64,000 bases of DNA, taken from Parcubacteria group bacterium GW2011_GWC1_45_14 (GTDB taxonomy: Bacteria > Patescibacteriota > Minisyncoccia > Moranbacterales > GWC2-37-73). The DNA lies in the NCBI GenBank assembly GCA_001001345.1, contig LCKI01000003.1, positions 4,614 through 68,613 on the forward strand, written 5' to 3'. The first letter of the stretch is position 1. Each line of letters starts with the position of its first letter. Both the position numbers and the translations under genes were made by a program. Positions 58,108 to 64,000 of this stretch are shown in pieces. The notes beneath the pieces are model-generated. The model saw nothing but the letters and a program-made list of their open reading frames with translations. It did not search any database and was not told the origin of the DNA.

Positions 58108-58218
58108 ACTTACGCGTTTTGCTTCTTAGAATTTCCGGCAAATATTATTTTTTTGCGCACTGCCGGCCGACCCAGGAGGGAAAGGCAAGCAAAAAAATAT
58201 ATATTTTCCGGAAAACCA
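58108..58218 (+). ncRNA. Candidate structured leader, copy 2
   Basis: Near-identical to 53351-53457; ends ~30 nt before the ATG, as copy 1 does. Confidence 0.55.
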
Positions 58219-58249
58219 GTCAAACGCGCAACTCCTATAATAAAAAAAT

Positions 58250-58480
58250 ATGAAGCAAGAAAAAATCTATCGACTCGACACCGAAACATGGTATATCGAA
58301 AGAGCGGTTTATCTGTTGGCAGGAATCTTCGTCCTGGCGTCGATAATCCTCTCACTCACCGTGCACAAAAACTTTCTTTACTTCACGGCCTTGGTGGGAG
58401 CGATGCTCATCAATTTCTCCCTAACCGGCTATTGCCCCCTTTCGATCCTGCTCGGAAAAACGGGGCTGAAGAAAAAATAG
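58250..58480 (+). CDS. DUF2892 (YgaP-like) membrane protein
   Basis: ERAVYLLAG......LTGYCPLSILLGK.G. Confidence 0.85.
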   Translation: MKQEKIYRLDTETWYIERAVYLLAGIFVLASIILSLTVHKNFLYFTALVGAMLINFSLTGYCPLSILLGKTGLKKK

Positions 58481-58486
58481 GATAAT

Positions 58487-58516
58487 AAAAAACCCGCCGT
58501 TTTCGGCGGGTTTTTT
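58487..58516. terminator. Bidirectional terminator
   Basis: AAAAAACCCGCCG-TTTT-CGGCGGGTTTTTT between convergent genes. Confidence 0.85.
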
Positions 58517-59885
58517 ATTGGAAACTTTCCAAATTTTCCAAGATATAATCCTCGCTGATCCACTTCTTGCGAAGCTCACCTGAAAGATAAAACGAGCCGG
58601 TAGCCAAGACAAGGTCTTTTTCTCCCGCCAAGGAAAGAGCTTTTTCCAAGGCTGCTTCTTTATTTGGCATGCTTTCCGCTGCCACCCCATCCTTCAAAAA
58701 TTCCCTGGAAATTTCCGCGAGTTTTTCCGGGTCAAAGCACGGACCGAAATCGAAAGTCGTGAAAATTACGTGGTCGGCTTTCGGGATAAGCGTCTCCAGT
58801 ATTTCCCCGACGTCCTTTTTCTGTGAAATGCCCAGAATCAAAATCATTTTTCCATATTCAAGTTTCTCGACATTCGAAACGGTACTGGCCATCTTGGCGG
58901 GATTATGCGCCCCATCCAGAACCACCAAGGGTTTTTCCTGAATTATCTCGAACCGGCATGGCAGATTCGCCTTCGCGATTCCCCGGACGATCTCCTCCTC
59001 TCCGATTCCCAGAAACTTCGCGATTTCCACGACCAATGAAATGTTTTTCTCCTGGTACTCACCCCAAAGTTTGCTCGCGATTTCCTTTTTCAATCCTTCG
59101 ATTTTTATTTCCATCCCGTCTTCGGAATATCTTATTTTTTCCGTTTTTTCTTCGACGACGTTCATCCGCACTTTTTCCTTTCCGCACACGTCGGAGAATA
59201 TTTCCAGGATTTCCGGCCTTTTTTCCGTCGTGAAAAATTCGCAGCCGCCTTTGATTATGCCGGCTTTTTCAAAGGCGATCTTTTCCAAGGTATCGCCGAT
59301 GATATGCATATGGTCCAGATCGATATTGGTGACAGCCGCCACCGGCTTTTTCTCGACGACGTTGGAAGCGTCGTACCTTCCGCCACATCCGACTTCCAAG
59401 ACGACCATTTCACAACCCTTCTTTTTGAAATGGAAAAGCGCGATCGCCAAGAAAATTTCAAAATATGTCGGCCTGCCCCAAGGACATTCCTTCGCCGCTT
59501 TCTCGATATAGGGCTTGAAAAAATCCATGATCTGGACGAACTCTCGCGGGAAAATATACTTACCGTCGACGGAAATCTTCTCGATCGAAGTCGTGGCGAA
59601 CGGCGAAGTGAAAAGCCCGGTTTTTTTTCCGCTTTCCGAAATTACCCCGGAAAGCATCGTTGAAACCGAACCCTTGCCGGAGGTCCCGGTGATGTGCACG
59701 AATTCCAATTCCTTGTCCGGATTTCCAAGAAGCTCCAAAAACCATCGCATCCTTTCAAGATACGCTTCGGGATTTTTCGAAGCCGAAGGCGCGAAACACC
59801 CGTTTGTGATCGACGGCAGATTCTCCAGATATTCCACGGCTTCGTGATATTTTCGAAATTTATCCATAAACCCGATGTCGCCCAT
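58515..59885 (-). CDS. folC: Folylpolyglutamate synthase/dihydrofolate synthase family
   Basis: VHITGTSGKGS, LEVGCGGRYDASN, IAFEKAGIIK, VLDGAHNP, TGSFYL. Confidence 0.9.
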   Translation of the reverse strand: MGDIGFMDKFRKYHEAVEYLENLPSITNGCFAPSASKNPEAYLERMRWFLELLGNPDKELEFVHITGTSGKGSVSTMLSGVISESGKKTGLFTSPFATTSIEKISVDGKYIFPREFVQIMDFFKPYIEKAAKECPWGRPTYFEIFLAIALFHFKKKGCEMVVLEVGCGGRYDASNVVEKKPVAAVTNIDLDHMHIIGDTLEKIAFEKAGIIKGGCEFFTTEKRPEILEIFSDVCGKEKVRMNVVEEKTEKIRYSEDGMEIKIEGLKKEIASKLWGEYQEKNISLVVEIAKFLGIGEEEIVRGIAKANLPCRFEIIQEKPLVVLDGAHNPAKMASTVSNVEKLEYGKMILILGISQKKDVGEILETLIPKADHVIFTTFDFGPCFDPEKLAEISREFLKDGVAAESMPNKEAALEKALSLAGEKDLVLATGSFYLSGELRKKWISEDYILENLESFQ

Positions 59886-59978
59886 ATTAAAGATAATTAA
59901 ACTATTATAATCATTACTGGGGAAAATACAAATGAAAAACCGCCCGGTGCGGGCGGCTCAAAAAAATCCTAACGTGAT

Positions 59979-61172
59979 TCATTTCTTCCAAGCGTTTTTC
60001 AATATCTTGTTTATGACATCCTCATCCTGGCAGGAATACTTATTGGACGGGGAATAAAATTCCCTCTTGTCCCCATAACACCCGCCGTTATCCTCAGCCA
60101 AAACCGCCAAAATCGGAAGCATGAACCCGTTGCCGCGCGACACGAAATATTTATGCAGATCTTCCAAAGTCTCTTCTCGCATGTCCTTGTCCATCCTGGC
60201 GAAAGTACTCATGTCATCCCCGACTTTCGGAGTCCAATCCAAATGCAAGAAAACGTTATTGGCCTTGCTGGCGAAGGTCTTGTGCCAAAGAAGCGCCCAA
60301 CACCAATCTCCCGGCTTTTTCCACCACCTGGAAGAACAAGCCCCTTGCTGGATCGATCCGTCGCTTTTGAGTCCCACTCCCCCGTCTATGAAATCGAAAT
60401 TCCGAAGATATTCCTCGTCGGTGATATCGTTCGTCTGCGCCCCGATGACGATTTCCATTCCTAAGGAAGCAGCGTATTCCCTCATCTCTTTTATGATTTC
60501 AGGAATGACCGGGTCTGAAAGGTTGCTTTTGTCCTGATAAAAAATCTGGCCGAAAAGGAAACTCTGGATCCCGATATCCATAGCCTTTTGCGTTATCTGC
60601 CGAAGATATCTTCTGTACTCGGGAGATTCGAAAGACGGGATGCAAATATTCTTCTTCCAGAAATCCTCCTTGCCCTGCTTACACATCCTTTCGAAATCAA
60701 ACTTGCGGTCCCCGTCCTGATATTTATACACTGTTTTCGTGTTGATGGCTTCGGCGATGAACATCCCCCAAACCGCTTCCTTTTTGCCGACCTTGGCTAT
60801 CACTTTTGCCGCGTCTTCAAAATCAGGGTTGTCCGCCCAACTCTCCAACGCGCGGTGGAAATAATAGCAGTTTGACCGCTGGGCGACTCTTATCATTTCC
60901 TTCTCATCACCGCCGAAACCCGAAAGCAGCCCGTCAGCCACGCAGCCTTGCCTTTTCATCCTTTCCATATCAGGGGGCGGAGGCGGAGGCAATTTTATGG
61001 GCGCCGCAGGAATAGAGGTTACGATACTGTCGGGTCTTTCAATCTCCACTATTTCAACCACAGGAACCTCGAAATCGCGATTTTCCTTCACCAAAAAATA
61101 CCCGATCCCGACGGAATCAAGCAGGATGATCGTTATTGCGACCCAAGATTTTATCTGGAAATTTCTAATCAT
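59979..61172 (-). CDS. Hypothetical membrane-anchored extracellular protein
   Basis: N-terminal TM, Pro-rich linker, Cys pairs. Confidence 0.7.
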   Translation of the reverse strand: MIRNFQIKSWVAITIILLDSVGIGYFLVKENRDFEVPVVEIVEIERPDSIVTSIPAAPIKLPPPPPPDMERMKRQGCVADGLLSGFGGDEKEMIRVAQRSNCYYFHRALESWADNPDFEDAAKVIAKVGKKEAVWGMFIAEAINTKTVYKYQDGDRKFDFERMCKQGKEDFWKKNICIPSFESPEYRRYLRQITQKAMDIGIQSFLFGQIFYQDKSNLSDPVIPEIIKEMREYAASLGMEIVIGAQTNDITDEEYLRNFDFIDGGVGLKSDGSIQQGACSSRWWKKPGDWCWALLWHKTFASKANNVFLHLDWTPKVGDDMSTFARMDKDMREETLEDLHKYFVSRGNGFMLPILAVLAEDNGGCYGDKREFYSPSNKYSCQDEDVINKILKNAWKK

Positions 61173-61287
61173 AACCGTCTTAAGTATACAACATGTAATA
61201 CCAAAAAGAACCTGCTTTCTTTTTCCCCTCAAAAAACAAAAAAACGCCCTTTGAAAGGCGCCGAAAACAGACGTTGGAAAACATTCC

Positions 61288-62202
61288 TCATTCCCTTCTC
61301 TTCATTTGATGGAGATAAATAATTTGCATCTTCCCGATATCGGCCGGCAAGTTGCGAAAGAGTTTTTCATACTCCTCTGTGCTTATGGTATGGAGAGCTC
61401 CCTGCTTATTTGGCCCAACCATATCAATACCGTGAAATCTTCGAAGTATCTCAAGAACGCTTCCGACCATGACCACAAACATCAACGATATCGCCGCGCC
61501 GTTTGCCGAAGCTAAGAAGCTTGCATCGAGCGCGCCACCGGCTTTTCTTAAGAAGGAATTGATTTCATTTTTAAAAATCGCTACTTTGTTTCCCGCGCTT
61601 CCGATGAGGGTGCTTTTTCCCGCAAGCAAACCGCTGTCTATCAAAACAGCCCTCTTGGTTTCAGATGTCGCTTCCTTTTCCCTGACCGGTTCTTTTTTCT
61701 TCTCTGGCAAAGCGACAGCCCCTGTGCGGTTTCCGAACTGCTGGACGGTGATGATGGTTTCCTTTCCATTTATAGTTCCGCTCGCCACCGCCACACCGAC
61801 TTCATTGAACTGCTCTCCTAAAATATTCTTCCTGTGCGTCGCGCTGTCCATCAATGCCTTGTTTTGCTTTTCAGCGGTTTTGAAATTTATCGCCAGATTC
61901 TCCCCGGCGAACTTATAGTCGTATCCAGCTTTCTCAATCCAATACCATGGCGTCAGCCCCTCGGGCGAAGTATGGGAAAAATAATTCTTTTCCAACATAT
62001 CCTGGGCCTTTTTCTGGGCGGCCCGGGAAAGATTCCCGTTTTCAACCAACGGCACTAAACCAGCCATCTCCCTTTCCTGATTAACCAGTCCGATCACGTT
62101 TTCAATCGTTATTTCGCTGGCCGAAGCCGAAAAAGCCCAGAAGGCTCCGCCGCCAAGGACTAAAAGGGTGAAAATTGTAATTTTTATGTCTGTTTTTCGC
62201 AT
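61288..62202 (-). CDS. CAP/SCP (YkwD-like) domain protein
   Basis: LVNQER...GL..L..N..L..AAQ.KAQDM....YFSH.SP, AGENLA, S.THRKNIL. Confidence 0.9.
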   Translation of the reverse strand: MRKTDIKITIFTLLVLGGGAFWAFSASASEITIENVIGLVNQEREMAGLVPLVENGNLSRAAQKKAQDMLEKNYFSHTSPEGLTPWYWIEKAGYDYKFAGENLAINFKTAEKQNKALMDSATHRKNILGEQFNEVGVAVASGTINGKETIITVQQFGNRTGAVALPEKKKEPVREKEATSETKRAVLIDSGLLAGKSTLIGSAGNKVAIFKNEINSFLRKAGGALDASFLASANGAAISLMFVVMVGSVLEILRRFHGIDMVGPNKQGALHTISTEEYEKLFRNLPADIGKMQIIYLHQMKRRE

Positions 62203-62390
62203 AAACAAAAGAAAAAGGGCGCTCCGCGAGGAAACACCCTTCTATTTATCTATCTCTATTATACACCCAAAAAGGCGAAAAGTCAAGGAAAAACTTGTCC
62301 TTGTTAAACTGAACACGCTTATCCGCAACGAGCGAGGCTTTGCTTTTTTATGAAAATAAAGTTTAAACAGCTACAAACCTGCAATTCAAA

Positions 62391-62810
62391 TCAAGCCTTG
62401 ATATTGCATTTTTTTGCTTTCCAATGAATTATTGTTTTGGTTACGAGAGACAAAGAAAAAGGTATTCCAAAAAATACCGTCATTATAGCTCCCAGTAAAC
62501 CAGCACCGTCTTCTGAACTTAATATTATAAAATATAACGCCAAAAAAAGACCTCCCGTGCTTATAAGAAAGACGACAAAACTTAACCAATCAATCATTTT
62601 CATTAATCCAAATTGCTCTTTTTTTCTTTTCTTCTCAAATAGCGTGCCTAGGCATGCAACCAAAAAAATAACTGCTAGCGGCACAAGTACAAACTCGATT
62701 ATGTCATTTTGATAAAAATTATTACTGACACTAAAAAACAATATACTTACAATAAAAGAAGCGACTATTAATTCCAAAGTCCACATGACTATTTTTTCAA
62801 ATAAACTCAT
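62391..62810 (-). CDS. Four-TM membrane protein
   Basis: Hydrophobic segments. Confidence 0.65.
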   Translation of the reverse strand: MSLFEKIVMWTLELIVASFIVSILFFSVSNNFYQNDIIEFVLVPLAVIFLVACLGTLFEKKRKKEQFGLMKMIDWLSFVVFLISTGGLFLALYFIILSSEDGAGLLGAIMTVFFGIPFSLSLVTKTIIHWKAKKCNIKA

Positions 62811-62939
62811 ACTTATTTTTATATCAAAATATTATATAAAATTATACCACGGTTCAATTCCCCGTCTGCCGGTAGGTAGGCCTTGTAACTTTTCTTGGCA
62901 CCAAGAAAAGTTAACTATGGGATTGGAGTTTTTAAATTC

Positions 62940-63434
62940 TTATCGCTCAAATTTCCGAAGGTGGTCCATGGCTCCGGAAAGCATCCTTTCAAGAAAATCT
63001 AGTTCTTCGTCTTTTAATTTGCCATTGTTGCGTTTCATCAAGATTTCAAATATTCCCGGATTGATGAAGCTTATTTTGTCTGCCATCTGCAAATATTTCC
63101 CTTCCTTGGTCCTCGGCTTACCCTTCGAGCCGTGGTTCTGTACGCAGTCCGCAACCTTGTCCGAAACAATGACACCCTCCCTTTCCAAAATCGCTATCCC
63201 TCTCTCAGCGTGCCTATCCTCGCATTCGACGTAACCGATGTCATGGAGCCAACCGCCCATTTCCAAAACTTCCCTGTCCACGGTTTTGTCCCCTTCCGAA
63301 AGCGCCAGCGCGGTCTTGGCCACGGCTTTGGCGTGAAAAACGCGAAAATCCCTATCCGCTTCGCTCTCGATTTGTGAAAAGATTTCCAGTGCGAACTGCT
63401 TGGCTTTTTGAGGCGTAAGCGTTTTCTTATCCAT
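62940..63434 (-). CDS. HD-domain phosphohydrolase
   Basis: FHAKAV...GWLHDIG...HAERG...NH...QMADKI. Confidence 0.85.
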   Translation of the reverse strand: MDKKTLTPQKAKQFALEIFSQIESEADRDFRVFHAKAVAKTALALSEGDKTVDREVLEMGGWLHDIGYVECEDRHAERGIAILEREGVIVSDKVADCVQNHGSKGKPRTKEGKYLQMADKISFINPGIFEILMKRNNGKLKDEELDFLERMLSGAMDHLRKFER

Positions 63435-63507
63435 ATATTTAGGGATAATTCTTATGTTTTGTATTTTGAGCCGGACATGCAATGACGTGCGAATCACTAC
63501 TGCCGAA

Positions 63508-63999
63508 TCAGAATCCCGGTATGAACCTTAAAAAATCACTTTCCACTGGCCTATTGGTCAATCCACTGGCCATTATATAAAATCCGAGCATCCCGTATAT
63601 GACCAGAAGGAGGCCGATGTATCCCATTAACGAGAGAACTTTGAATTTAAGTTTGTACTCTATCGGAAAAAACCATTTCCCATATTCCACCCTTCTTTTT
63701 TTAAGCAGTGCATAAATAAAATATCCAAAAATCGAAAGGATCAGATAAAAAAATAGTCCCGCGTAAAACATCTCCTCGTTATAATTCCCAAACGGGAAGA
63801 AAACAGTATTTGCCAAAAAACCGATACAAATAGAAACTACGAGCAATCTAAACCCTATTTTGTATAATAAGTTTTCAGTCTCCCATTCTCCTGCTTCAAA
63901 GGGAGGCTTTATAAATAAATCTTTGAATAAAAACCTATAGGCTATGGCTATGCTTACCAATAAAAATGATTGTATGCCGACAAACAGCAGGAGTCCCCA
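63508..63999 (-). CDS. Membrane protein, 5' end outside the window
   Basis: Frame stays open to the window edge; several TM segments. Confidence 0.65.
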   Translation of the reverse strand, partial: WGLLLFVGIQSFLLVSIAIAYRFLFKDLFIKPPFEAGEWETENLLYKIGFRLLVVSICIGFLANTVFFPFGNYNEEMFYAGLFFYLILSIFGYFIYALLKKRRVEYGKWFFPIEYKLKFKVLSLMGYIGLLLVIYGMLGFYIMASGLTNRPVESDFLRFIPGF

Positions 64000-64000
64000 A

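Noticed and set aside
5006-64000. A second VR or remote DGR target
   Set aside because: No further TR-like sequence seen by eye; a BLASTN of TR against the whole genome is needed
1-64000. tRNA or rRNA genes
   Set aside because: No cloverleaf/T-loop or rRNA signature noticed; tRNAscan-SE was not run

Overview
Bacterial chromosomal window. The gene repertoire (short TsaB-like ORF, PaaX/Cas2-like regulator, RND pump without an outer-membrane factor, many leaderless genes) suggests a Patescibacteria/CPR genome; this is inference, not verified. Core genes are rpsR, efp, recA, rodZ-like, a doubly disrupted ftsK, lexA, rpoB, rpoC and folC. They surround a long, mostly minus-strand accessory region (~13-41 kb) containing an AT-rich restriction-modification/defence cluster, toxin-like genes and several intergenic repeat families. 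The main result is a complete diversity-generating retroelement (DGR) at ~1.2-5.0 kb: RT, avd, TR 2618-2752 and VR 3082-3216, with 16 TR/VR mismatches, all at TR adenines. Its architecture is unusual. avd is inverted and overlaps the RT 5' end head-to-head across one 27-nt (CT)n/(AG)n tract. At the present tract length neither gene has an in-frame start for its conserved N-terminus, but losing one CT unit restores an ATG to both at once. This is a candidate single slipped-strand ON/OFF switch for hypermutation. Other candidates: a duplicated structured leader with compensatory changes in the RND locus, a 34-bp palindrome family around a PaaX/Cas2-like gene, a composite promoter-bearing repeat in front of accessory genes, a RadC-methyltransferase fusion and an atypical sigma-70. 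All assignments come from motif recognition by eye; no database searches were run.
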